From a bacterium (GTDB taxonomy: Bacteria; Patescibacteriota; Minisyncoccia; UBA6257; GWB1-50-10): a stretch of 64,000 nucleotides of DNA. Within the stretch, counting starts at the first letter, position 1; each line of letters begins with the position of its first letter. Where the stretch lies: positions 2,548-66,547 of the forward strand of contig JAKALF010000001.1 of assembly GCA_021813265.1 (NCBI GenBank), in the 5' to 3' direction. Under the pieces are notes generated by a model. That model made no database searches, was not told the DNA's origin, and was given only the letters and a program-made list of their open reading frames with translations. The position numbers and the translations under genes were made by a program. Shown here piece after piece: positions 9,685 through 18,533 of the stretch.

Positions 9685-9945
9685 TTAGTGTCCGCCTTCG
9701 AGTTTTGCCACCCGTACCTCAAGTCTCCTCACTTGACCGGCGAGGACCTCCATTTCTTGCTTAGAATCTTCATACAAAGAAATGAACTTATCCAATTTCG
9801 AGAATAATTCATTGGAGTTTGTTTTCATTTCCTTGACGTCGGTTTCTAACCCATCCAGCCGTTTATTCAATCCAAGAAATTCACCTTGCATTAATCGAGC
9901 TAGATCGCTGATTGTCATCTTATCATCGTTCATAACATTACCCAT
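9685..9945 (-). CDS. hypothetical coiled-coil protein (86 aa)
   Basis: ORF only. Confidence 0.3.
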   Translation of the reverse strand: MGNVMNDDKMTISDLARLMQGEFLGLNKRLDGLETDVKEMKTNSNELFSKLDKFISLYEDSKQEMEVLAGQVRRLEVRVAKLEGGH

Positions 9946-10082
9946 TATATCACAACCGGGCGAGGGTCAATGCCTCATTGTTTTTCATAAAAAAGTTGCC
10001 GAATTCTCTCTTACTGGTAGCTCATAATTCAGTTGCTGTAGTCCCAAGTTATATAAGGTAGTGGATTCTTTCACAATCTAAC

Positions 10083-10571
10083 CTACCGCTCCACTACAAT
10101 AGTGCCAATATCTCCTGGAGTAAGGTGATTATGATATTTCCACGTTCCGACTTTAGTAAATGTAAAACTCCATGAATTGCCAGGCTGAATGCCGACGCAA
10201 GCGTCAAACGCGATTCCTTTGGTATCGGGACAATGGCTATCAATAGAGGTCCCACTGTAAACAATATGACTCGGATGAACGGCTGAAGCGGTCCACATGC
10301 CCTGCGAACTCATGTTTTTGAAGCTGACCGTCGTTCCAACTTTTATCCTCAACACGCTTGGAGAATATCCAGAATCCGTGTATGTAACGATATATTGTTG
10401 TGTTTGAGGGGTTACTTGAGTAATGGGTGTTTGAGTAGCGGGAGATTCGGTAACTTGTTGCTTGCTAGGCGTCAAAGGAGTGGATGATGGCTGAGAGGAT
10501 TCTCCGAAAAGAAGATACCCGGCCAATACAATGATAGCGATAACAATAATGAAAATGACAGTTTTGTTCAT
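10083..10571 (-). CDS. secreted protein, possibly cupredoxin-like
   Basis: N-terminal TM/signal segment, a Pro/Thr/Gln linker, and His/Cys residues in a beta-rich C-terminal domain (SHCPDT, YHNHL). Confidence 0.3.
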   Translation of the reverse strand: MNKTVIFIIVIAIIVLAGYLLFGESSQPSSTPLTPSKQQVTESPATQTPITQVTPQTQQYIVTYTDSGYSPSVLRIKVGTTVSFKNMSSQGMWTASAVHPSHIVYSGTSIDSHCPDTKGIAFDACVGIQPGNSWSFTFTKVGTWKYHNHLTPGDIGTIVVER

Positions 10572-10590
10572 AATGCTTTAATAATTATAT

Positions 10591-10986
10591 TTAAGGTGTT
10601 TCCGAAGATCGACCTTGATCATTCTGATCCCCCGGTTTTCTAAAGGGATTAATATCAATAAAGAGAGCTATGGTAGCCGCCAAAATAGCGATATCTCTTA
10701 CGGTTATATCCGTAATACCGCTTACAATTAAAATGCCTATAAGATGAACCCCCCCTATCAAAGCCGCGAGCCATACAAGAGGATTAATGAAAAATGAGAC
10801 GCCAATAGCGATATCCAAAAGAGCCGTCCCAAACATAATCTGGCCTAAGGGTATAGGCAAAATACGAAGAACCCAGGGTTCAAGATATCCTCCCCAAGCT
10901 TCAGGTTGCTTCAAAATCAACACGCCAATCCAAATAAACGTTACGGCAAGCCCGATCCTTAAAACGTAAGATGAGGTTTTTTTCAT
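10591..10986 (-). CDS. DoxX-like membrane protein
   Basis: Four predicted TM helices, 131 aa. Confidence 0.35.
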   Translation of the reverse strand: MKKTSSYVLRIGLAVTFIWIGVLILKQPEAWGGYLEPWVLRILPIPLGQIMFGTALLDIAIGVSFFINPLVWLAALIGGVHLIGILIVSGITDITVRDIAILAATIALFIDINPFRKPGDQNDQGRSSETP

Positions 10987-11130
10987 ACTATATAGTATAA
11001 CTCCCTAAATCTAATACGTGTATCCCCCTATTCCTCTTTAGAAATTTTTGATACAGTAAGTCCACGTTCGCTCATAACTTATCGTTACAGAGCGTTACGA
11101 AACAAAAACCCTTCTATATCGTTTTATATT

Positions 11131-11664
11131 ATGAAAGACGAAGAACTGCTCATTCAAAAGGCGAAAAAAGGAGAACGAGAGGCTTTTGGTACGCTATACG
11201 ACCACTATATGCCCAATATATACCGATTCATCTTTTTCAAGATAGGAACCAAGCATGAAGCCGAAGACCTCACTCACCAGGTATTTTCCCAAGCGTGGGA
11301 AAACATGGAACGATACGAGCCTCGGGGATTTCCCCTTTCAAGCTGGCTATATCGAATAGCGTCCAATACCGTTATTGACTATTATCGAACATTCAAAAAC
11401 AATCTACAGATAGAAAATATTCCTGAAGAAACCTTCGCGCATGATCCATCATTTGAAAAAGATTTTGACGACAGATTGAGCATTGAACGGATACGAAAGG
11501 CTCTTAAAACCCTGGAGAGTGATCAGCAAAACGTCATCATTATGAAATTCGTCGATCAGCTTTCTAACAAAGAAATCGCGAAAGCGCTTGAAAAAACCGA
11601 GGGAGCGATACGCGTAATACAACACAGAGCCTTAAAACAACTAAAAAACCTTCTCAATGGATAA
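11131..11664 (+). CDS. ECF-type RNA polymerase sigma-70 factor
   Basis: Region 2 (YDHYMPNIYRFIFFK...DLTHQVF) and region 4 (LSNKEIAKALEKTEGAIRVIQHRALKQL) motifs. Confidence 0.75.
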   Translation: MKDEELLIQKAKKGEREAFGTLYDHYMPNIYRFIFFKIGTKHEAEDLTHQVFSQAWENMERYEPRGFPLSSWLYRIASNTVIDYYRTFKNNLQIENIPEETFAHDPSFEKDFDDRLSIERIRKALKTLESDQQNVIIMKFVDQLSNKEIAKALEKTEGAIRVIQHRALKQLKNLLNG

Positions 11665-12112
11665 AACATTACTAACACAACTTAACATGTTAAAGACCGT
11701 GGAACCCGACAAAGGGTTCGCGCGTCGTACAAGAAAAAAGATCCTTGCTCAAAAAGGAGGCGTGTTCTCGATGCCTTTTCCCCGCGTTATTATCGCCGGA
11801 TCATTAAGTTTCGCGCTTCTTTTTCTTGCTCTTATTGTCCCCGCGATCATTCCGGGCCCCAGGGTTCCCGCGGCGCTTTCAGCCGACGCTATCAATAAAG
11901 AATATGACAATCTTAGCATCAACATACAGCTTAAAAACCTTACCTACGATCAATCGGCCGAACAAACCATAAACTCGGCTATTAACGAGGTGGCAACGTC
12001 CAAAGGAAAACATCTCAATACCAACGTGTTGAAGTCGGAAAGCGCCGATGTCCAAAATTCAACGAGTACCGAAATGGACGTGGACGCGATGCTTAATAAA
12101 GTAATTAATTAA
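11657..12112 (+). CDS. putative anti-sigma factor / membrane protein
   Basis: Start overlaps the sigma-factor stop. Single TM helix. Confidence 0.4.
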   Translation: MDKTLLTQLNMLKTVEPDKGFARRTRKKILAQKGGVFSMPFPRVIIAGSLSFALLFLALIVPAIIPGPRVPAALSADAINKEYDNLSINIQLKNLTYDQSAEQTINSAINEVATSKGKHLNTNVLKSESADVQNSTSTEMDVDAMLNKVIN

Positions 12113-12116
12113 TCAT

Positions 12117-12971
12117 ATGAAACGTGTCGTAATCACAATAGGACTTTGCGCGAGCGTGCTCGCGTTCCCCGCGACATACGCGTTTGCGGAAAGCGGCCCC
12201 TCCCCTATCCAAAAAGTCCTAGAAAACGTAAAAGATACGGTAGACAATCTCGTAACCGCGAAAGACGAGAATAGCGCTCAAGAACTAAGCTTTCGCGTGC
12301 AAACCTTCAAAAAAGTTCTTGATTACGTTATGACGGAAGCGCGCGACACGCGAGTAAAGCTTTTCTTGGTGGAAGATTTTTCTAACAAAGATCTTATTAA
12401 CTGGAGGAATGAGAAAGTAAGCGTACTTGCTAACGCCATCAAATACTATGAATCAGAACAAAAACTCCTTGAAACGAAGGAAAAGTCCATGACTATTAAG
12501 GACATAAAATCATTCGCGAAAGATTTTAAGGAAGAACGAGACCTCGTCTACGCGCAACCCACGGAAGAAGCGAAAGAATTTCTCCTCGTAAACCAAGAAC
12601 GATCCTCTGTCGATATCGCGAAAACAAGGTTTGGGAAAATCGCGGACGACGTGCGAACGCTAAATTCAAGCAAATTAAACGCCTTGCTTCAGAAAGCGGA
12701 GATATTCGTAAATGATGCCGAGACTCTAAATGGCAAGGCGTACGATCTTTTCTGGAATACATACATAAATCCTAAAAAAGTAGTTCTAGAAAACCCGACG
12801 ATATCAACCAGCACGGCAACGAGCACCAATCAAGCGGCCGACAAGGGAACCGGCTCGGAAGAGCCTAAACAATCGTCAATAAAAGATTTGGTAAAAAGTT
12901 CTTTATTAAACATAAAGAACGCCTATCAAACCTTTATTGAAATGAGTTCTTTGGTGAGGAAAGGACTCTAA
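12117..12971 (+). CDS. hypothetical secreted protein
   Basis: Signal peptide, 284 aa, same operon as the sigma/anti-sigma pair. Confidence 0.35.
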   Translation: MKRVVITIGLCASVLAFPATYAFAESGPSPIQKVLENVKDTVDNLVTAKDENSAQELSFRVQTFKKVLDYVMTEARDTRVKLFLVEDFSNKDLINWRNEKVSVLANAIKYYESEQKLLETKEKSMTIKDIKSFAKDFKEERDLVYAQPTEEAKEFLLVNQERSSVDIAKTRFGKIADDVRTLNSSKLNALLQKAEIFVNDAETLNGKAYDLFWNTYINPKKVVLENPTISTSTATSTNQAADKGTGSEEPKQSSIKDLVKSSLLNIKNAYQTFIEMSSLVRKGL

Positions 12972-12974
12972 AGT

Positions 12975-13000
12975 AAAAACCCCCGAAATGGGGGTTTTTA
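12975..13000. terminator. bidirectional intrinsic terminator (aaaaaccccc gaaat gggggttttt)
   Basis: Perfect palindrome with flanking A- and T-runs between convergent genes. Confidence 0.7.
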
Positions 13001-13014
13001 CTTTACTCGACAAG

Positions 13015-13290
13015 CTAATTTACAGCTTCCTTCAAAAGTTTTCCCGCTCTGAATTTTGGTTTGATAGAAGCCTTGATTTGAATCTTCTCTCCCGTCTTTG
13101 GGTTTATCCCCATGCGAGCCGCGCGCTTCGCAACCTTGAAGGTTCCAAAACCGCTGATCGCGACCTCTTCTCCGTGGCTCATGGCTTTCACGATGGTGTC
13201 AAAGACAGTTTCAACGACCTGCTGAGCCTGCTTTTTAGTCTCGATACCCGCGGCATTCATAACCGCGTCAACTAATCCGTCTTTTTTCAT
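13015..13290 (-). CDS. hup: HU family DNA-binding protein
   Basis: 91 aa, GFGTF...R..R.G.NPKTG signature. Confidence 0.85.
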   Translation of the reverse strand: MKKDGLVDAVMNAAGIETKKQAQQVVETVFDTIVKAMSHGEEVAISGFGTFKVAKRAARMGINPKTGEKIQIKASIKPKFRAGKLLKEAVN

Positions 13291-13371
13291 AAATATATAT
13301 AATGGGTTTTAAAAAGATCGACCTTTACTCTTGGACTAGGGTAGTATAGCAAATAGCAAGGGGAAATGCCA

Positions 13372-14892
13372 CTATTTCGCGTATTCCACCGCTTTTACCT
13401 CTCGTATCACGACTACCTTGATTTCTCCGGGATATTGGACGTCGGATTGAATCTTTCCCGCTATCTGTTTCGCGATTTCAAAAGCTCCAAAGTCGTCAAT
13501 CTTCTCGGGAACGACAAAAACCCTAACTTCCCTTCCCGCGGAAACGGCGTACGCTTGCTTTACCCCTTCAAAACTCTTAGTAACGTTTTCAATGTCTTCC
13601 AAGCGTTTGATATATTTTTCAAGCGTGTCTCTTCGGGCTCCAGGACGAGCCGCGGAAATAGCATCGGCCGCCGCGACAACATACGCTTCGGGAATGGAAT
13701 ACGGATATTCGTCATGGTGAGATTCCATGGCTTTGATAACCTGATCATCAATGCCGTATTTTTTAAGAAGCTTTCTCCCTAATTCAACATGGGTTCCTTC
13801 GACTTCATGGTCAATAGCTTTCCCAATATCATGGAGAAGCGCTCCTTTTTTCGTGACTAAAACATTTAAATGGAGTTCGGAAGCGATCATGCCGGCGATG
13901 TGCGTCATTTCGATGGAGTGCTGGAGCACGTTTTGGCCATAGCTTGTGCGATAGTTGAGACGCCCTAAAATCTGGGTGATTTCTTTAGGAAGATCCAGGA
14001 TACCGACTTCATAGGCCGCGTCTTCTCCGACTTTCCTCATATGAGCTTCAAGCTCGTTGCGGGTTTGCTCGACAATCTCTTCAATCTTTGCCGGTTGAAT
14101 TCTTCCGTCCTTGATGAGTTTTTCTAAAGAAAGTTTCGCGAGTTCTCTTCGAAGCGGATCAAAGGAGGAAATAAGGATGCTTTCGGGGGTTTCGTCAACG
14201 ATGACTTCAACGCCCGTCGCGCGTTCAAACGCCCTCACGTTTCTTCCTTCTCTTCCGATAATCTTGCCTTTGATGTCCTCGTTCGAAAGCTGAACGACGC
14301 TTGTCGTCACGTCCGCGATCTTCTCCCGTGCGTACCGTTGAATGGCGGTTGTAATAATTTCAGAGGCTTTCCGTTCAATTTCACCTTCCTTTTCGCGCTC
14401 AAGACGAGCGAGAAGTTTCGCGAGTTCTTCGCGGTTGGCGTCCTCAAATTGTTTGAATATTTTTTTACGAGCCTCCTCTTCCGTAACGCCGGAGATTTTT
14501 TCAAGTTCGGATAGGGCTTTTTCTTTGAGATTTTGAATTTCTTTCTCGGACTCCTTAATCCGCTCGGCCTCGCTTTTCAGTTTTGTCGATTCCTCGGAAA
14601 GCTTGGATTTTTCAACATCCAGCGCGTCTTCCTTTTTAAGAAGACGCTCTTCAAGAAAACGGAGTTCCCGTTTTCGTTCCCTCTCTTCTTTCTGAAGATC
14701 GACAAGGATGGACGCCGCCTTGTCTTTGGCGCTTACGACGATCTCTTTAGCCTCGGCTCTGGCCTTTTCGAGTTCCTCTTTGATTGTTTGTTCGGACGAT
14801 TTTCGGGAACGTTGGGCGATGAGAAGTCTTGCTCCATACCCTATGGCTAGAGCAAGAACAGCCAACCCCCAAAACAACGGGTTTGTAATCAT
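13372..14892 (-). CDS. rny: ribonuclease Y
   Basis: N-terminal TM helix, coiled coil, KH domain (GREGRNVRAFE) and HD domain (HSIEMTHIAG...LLHDIGK). Confidence 0.85.
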   Translation of the reverse strand: MITNPLFWGLAVLALAIGYGARLLIAQRSRKSSEQTIKEELEKARAEAKEIVVSAKDKAASILVDLQKEERERKRELRFLEERLLKKEDALDVEKSKLSEESTKLKSEAERIKESEKEIQNLKEKALSELEKISGVTEEEARKKIFKQFEDANREELAKLLARLEREKEGEIERKASEIITTAIQRYAREKIADVTTSVVQLSNEDIKGKIIGREGRNVRAFERATGVEVIVDETPESILISSFDPLRRELAKLSLEKLIKDGRIQPAKIEEIVEQTRNELEAHMRKVGEDAAYEVGILDLPKEITQILGRLNYRTSYGQNVLQHSIEMTHIAGMIASELHLNVLVTKKGALLHDIGKAIDHEVEGTHVELGRKLLKKYGIDDQVIKAMESHHDEYPYSIPEAYVVAAADAISAARPGARRDTLEKYIKRLEDIENVTKSFEGVKQAYAVSAGREVRVFVVPEKIDDFGAFEIAKQIAGKIQSDVQYPGEIKVVVIREVKAVEYAK

Positions 14893-14992
14893 GATTATAT
14901 GCTATTGATTTATATATCGACATGTATATGGTTTTAGTATACCACTTGAAGGAACGAGAAAGCAACGATTGTGATACAATATACAAGAAAAT

Positions 14993-15904
14993 ATGCCTAA
15001 TGAAAGAAAAACAAGGGTTCTGCTTGTGATTTTAGACGGTTGGGGAATAGGAAACGATGATGAGAGCAATCCCATCCATTTCGCGAATCCTCAAACCCTT
15101 GGGTATATACAAAAAACCTTTCCCTCGGGAATGCTCCAAGCCTCGGGAGTCGCGATCGGTCTTTCATGGGAAGAATCGAGTTCAAGCGAGTTGGGCCATC
15201 TTGTGATGGGATCGGGACGCGCCCTCCACGCGTACGCGAAAGAAATTTTCTCAAAAACTTCTCCTATCTCAGAAACCCTTGGGGAGATTCTTTCTCAACA
15301 TAACAAAGTTCAAATGCGTATAGCGGAAGAAGCGAGGTATGAACATATTACGTACTTCTTTAATGGATTAAGAAACGATCCCTTTCCTAATGAGTATCGG
15401 GTACGGATCCCGTCGGAAAAAACCCTTCACCCCGAAACGCATCCCGAAATGATGGCCTCTGCCGTAACGGATCGGGTTATAATAAGTCTCAAGGAAAAGG
15501 CGTTTGATTTTATCGCCATAACCTACGCGAATCCCGATGTTATCGCCTTTACGGGAAACTATGAGGCGACCATAAAGACGGTTCAAACGATTGACGGAGA
15601 GTTAAAAAGACTAATGGATACCGTCTTAGAAGAAAGCATCCTTATGATTATAACCTCAAGCCATGGAAACGCCGAGGCGGTTTTAAATCTCAAAACGGGA
15701 GAGACGGAAAAGACTAACGATCCCAATCCCGTTCCCCTCTATCTTGTGGGAAATGAATATATCCTAAAAAACCCCCACCCCGACATCTATCACCTTCCTC
15801 CGCTCGGAATCATATCCGACATAGCTCCGACTATTTTAGATCTCATGGGAATCAAAAAACCCAAAAGCATGACGGGAGAGAGTTTGTTATCTCAGTTGAA
15901 ATAG
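14993..15904 (+). CDS. iPGM-like alkaline-phosphatase-superfamily protein lacking the central phosphotransferase domain
   Basis: N-terminus VLLVILDGWGIG...SELGHLVMGSGR and C-terminus ITSSHGNAE...DIAPTILDLMG match the two halves of the GpmI phosphatase domain. The intervening ~230 aa are absent. Confidence 0.55.
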   Translation: MPNERKTRVLLVILDGWGIGNDDESNPIHFANPQTLGYIQKTFPSGMLQASGVAIGLSWEESSSSELGHLVMGSGRALHAYAKEIFSKTSPISETLGEILSQHNKVQMRIAEEARYEHITYFFNGLRNDPFPNEYRVRIPSEKTLHPETHPEMMASAVTDRVIISLKEKAFDFIAITYANPDVIAFTGNYEATIKTVQTIDGELKRLMDTVLEESILMIITSSHGNAEAVLNLKTGETEKTNDPNPVPLYLVGNEYILKNPHPDIYHLPPLGIISDIAPTILDLMGIKKPKSMTGESLLSQLK

Positions 15905-16846
15905 CTTGTCTTCCAATTTTCTTGTGTTTCCGTGACACAAAAGGCCTCTGTATGAATTGAGTGTTTCTTGCGTCGCGCGGGTTTTAACACGATTGAACAT
16001 TCTCCGCTTTGTCGCGGTTCGCAGTACCCGATGATCGGGGAAATGGACCCAACCCAGGAAATCAACGCCGGAGCCGAGGGGTTTTACAAAAACCTTATGG
16101 CTGTGTAGATGAAGATTGAGACTTTCTTTTAAGAATAAATCTATTTGGGGAATACGTGACCACGCGCGTTTTTTGTCTCCAGAAAAAATCACGAAATCAT
16201 CCGCGTAACAGATATAGTACGGTTCTCTCAATGCGTGTTTTATAAACCTATCAAATCTATCCATATACACATTCGCGAAAAGCTGGCTCGTGAGATTTCC
16301 AAGCGGCAACCCCTTCCCCGGAGTTGCGTGAAAACTCTCAATAATGCTTCTGCAAAGCCAAAGCGTTTTTGTATCAACTCGCTTTTCTAATATTGAAAGA
16401 AGGATTTCGTGATCAATGCTCGCGAAGAACTTTTATATGTCGCATTTTAGTATCCAACACTGTTTTGTGTTGTTTTTGCTTACTCTGTACGCGAAGGCGC
16501 GGAAACGATCTAACGCCTTACGCATCCCCTTGTTGTTTCTGCACGAAAATGAATCGGAAATGAATTTCTTGTCGAAACAAGGATAAAGCACGCGATACAT
16601 TGCGTGATGCAGGAGACGGTCTCGAACGCGCGCTTTATGAATGTTTCTCGGTTTCGGATCGGAAATATTAAAAGCAACATAACCTCCGTGGCGGTAGGCG
16701 CGGTTTACAAGCTCGCGGTGGAGTGAGAAAACATGATCCATAAGGTGAAGCGAAAATTCCCGCACGTCCGGTTTGCCCCTCTTACCGTTCAGAAACTCCC
16801 GCCACGCTTCAAGTAGATTTTCAACGGAAATAATTTGTTCAAACAT
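15887..16846 (-). CDS. DGR-type reverse transcriptase interrupted by one in-frame TAA (16433-16435); possible pseudogene
   Basis: N-terminal part: RNIHKARVRDRLLHHA and ...KCDI*KFFASIDHEILL. C-terminal part: GNLTSQLFANVYMDRFD and YADDFVIF. The two ORFs are in the same frame, separated only by TAA at the motif-2 Arg/Lys position. Confidence 0.8.
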
Positions 16847-17260
16847 ACGTTATGGAATCAAATAAAACCTTTAACCCCCCCCCGACGGAATGACCTGCCG
16901 GTAATTCGGAAATTGATTGACGTTTACAAACTCTGGCATGAATTCGTACCGCACATTCCGAAGACCTCGCGATATACGTTGGGAGGGAAGATTGACTCAT
17001 TATTTTTGGACGTGATTGAATTGATATTTGCCGCGTCCTACGACACAATGTCCGAAAAAATCGCAAGACTAACTAACGCGAACGCAAAACTCGGAACACT
17101 CAAATTTTTTCTCCAGATCGGCTGGGAAATAAAGATGATGGATACGAAAAGATACATCGTTCTATCAGAAAAACTTGATGAAATTGGACGAATATTGGGA
17201 GGATGGAAACGCGGTATAGAAACAAAACTCCCCGCAGGAAAGCAAGGAGAACGGGGGTAA
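16835..17260 (+). CDS. avd: Avd-like four-helix-bundle protein (DGR accessory variability determinant)
   Basis: YKLWHEFVPHIPKTSRYTLGGK ... LDEIGRILGGWKR matches the Avd / 23S-IVS four-helix-bundle family. The start is uncertain (TTG at 16835) and overlaps the RT start on the opposite strand. Confidence 0.6.
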   Translation: MFKHTLWNQIKPLTPPRRNDLPVIRKLIDVYKLWHEFVPHIPKTSRYTLGGKIDSLFLDVIELIFAASYDTMSEKIARLTNANAKLGTLKFFLQIGWEIKMMDTKRYIVLSEKLDEIGRILGGWKRGIETKLPAGKQGERG

Positions 17261-17371
17261 GCTGCGAGAAAAAACGCGGCCGCCTTCGTTCCAGAAGACG
17301 TCACGAAGACCATACGCACCCAAGTACCACCCGCGATCGTCACCATCCCAGTACGCGTGCACGGCCACCAC
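17258..17371 (-). repeat. DGR variable-repeat-like copy B (orphan, abutting avd stop)
   Basis: 114-bp copy of 17710-17823. It differs at 22 positions, all in codon positions 1-2 of 13 codons. Confidence 0.7.
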
Positions 17372-17612
17372 GCTCAATATATGCGCGACGCGCCATCTAA
17401 ACCACCGCGTCTTGAACATTCTCGACGCTGTATCGTATGCCGAGGATAAAACCTCGAGAGCGCGTTGCACCAGCTGACCTTTTGTTTTTTAAGCGTTTTC
17501 TCGCGCTCCTCCGTAAAACATATCCGACGGAGTTCCCGCTTGAAAACCGCTTGAAACTTTCCCGCCGAAACCATAGCCGCGGCGAAAACGAAAATTTCAA
17601 AGTTTAGTATAC

Positions 17613-17659
17613 AAAAAAATCCCTCTTTCTCAAAGGATAAACATAAAAGAGAAAGAGGG
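17613..17659 (-). terminator. hairpin (11-bp stem ccctctttctc/gagaaagaggg) + T-run downstream of the DGR target gene
   Basis: Perfect inverted repeat with a T7 run on the minus strand, about 50 nt past the target stop. Confidence 0.5.
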
Positions 17660-17709
17660 AGAATGAAAAGGAAGAAGAGGGAAAAAGAAGAAAGGAAAAA
17701 AGGGGAAGG

Positions 17710-18414
17710 TCAGCTGCGAGAGAAAACGCGGTAGCCTTCGCGCCAGAAGGCACCATCAAGAACATACGCATCCAAGATCCACGCGCGATCGTCATCACCC
17801 CAGCGCGCGTCCACGGCCACCACGCGTCCATCTTCCAATTCAACATAGAAGATGGTGGCGTAGCCATTGACGAGTAGCTTGCCTTCCTCTCCTTCTGGTT
17901 GCTTCATGAGCAGATAGGAAAGGATTGAGGAGAATTCTAGGAGGGAGAAAGGCTTGGGATGTCCGAGTTCCTCGAGGATCTCGGAATCACGCATGTCCTT
18001 TGAAAGCTGAGTCGATTGGAGATTCCCTTGAAAGGCGGGGACAAGATTGGGGATTGCTTTTAGGATCCGATCCCTGAAACTATCCCAAATATATAACTTC
18101 ACGGGACCATTCTTGAAGAATGAGTCCCTTTGAAAGGGCTGGATGCTTATGGGGATCTGGTCCGTGATTAATTGTAGATGTTTCAGCGCGAACTTGGACG
18201 CACCAACGATAAGATCCGCTATTTTTTCGGCCATCTGCGGAATCAGATCTTTTTTATCCTTTAATGCGTCAAAAATCTGATCTTCAGAAACGTTCCTTTT
18301 CTTCAATTCTTTAAGTAATGAAGAAAAGAAATCGACTATAAACATTAAAGCGGCGAAGATTGATGATTTTTTCTGTGTCATTTGACACCTCCATATGTTG
18401 TGATGTTCCATCAT
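17710..18414 (-). CDS. DGR target protein with a C-terminal variable region
   Basis: 234 aa. The last ~37 codons (17713-17823) are one copy of the diversified repeat. Confidence 0.65.
   Translation of the reverse strand: MMEHHNIWRCQMTQKKSSIFAALMFIVDFFSSLLKELKKRNVSEDQIFDALKDKKDLIPQMAEKIADLIVGASKFALKHLQLITDQIPISIQPFQRDSFFKNGPVKLYIWDSFRDRILKAIPNLVPAFQGNLQSTQLSKDMRDSEILEELGHPKPFSLLEFSSILSYLLMKQPEGEEGKLLVNGYATIFYVELEDGRVVAVDARWGDDDRAWILDAYVLDGAFWREGYRVFSRS
17713..17823 (-). repeat. DGR variable repeat (VR) at the 3' end of the target gene
   Basis: See repeat B. It is followed by a roughly 70-nt homopurine(+)/CT-rich(-) tract. Confidence 0.7.
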
Positions 18415-18533
18415 TTCCTACTACCTTTCGGAAACATCGGAAACATCAGGTTTAAAAATCTAGTATAATGATATAACATATCAGATAAAAAGTCAAGTGC
18501 TATTTCTCCTGTAACATTATATACTTAACATCA

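Noticed and set aside
15887-16846. Group II intron or retron RT instead of a DGR RT
   Set aside because: It is only about 318 aa with no maturase/X or endonuclease domain, no intron RNA domain V/VI signatures were seen nearby, it has the GNLTSQ motif, and an Avd-like gene and a VR are adjacent.
17258-17371. Repeat copy B as the canonical DGR template repeat (it sits right after avd, the usual TR position)
   Set aside because: At the 22 sites that differ from the VR, copy B carries A (on either strand) at only 6-7 of them. A true TR must have A at essentially all variable sites, so B behaves as a second VR.
17038-17867. ORFs 17038-17346, 17165-17470, 17203-17400, 17374-17574, 17397-17600, 17604-17867 as separate genes
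   Set aside because: They are alternative frames or antisense readings of the GC-rich repeat region. Only the frame that ends the 234-aa ORF shows the codon-position-1/2 variation pattern.
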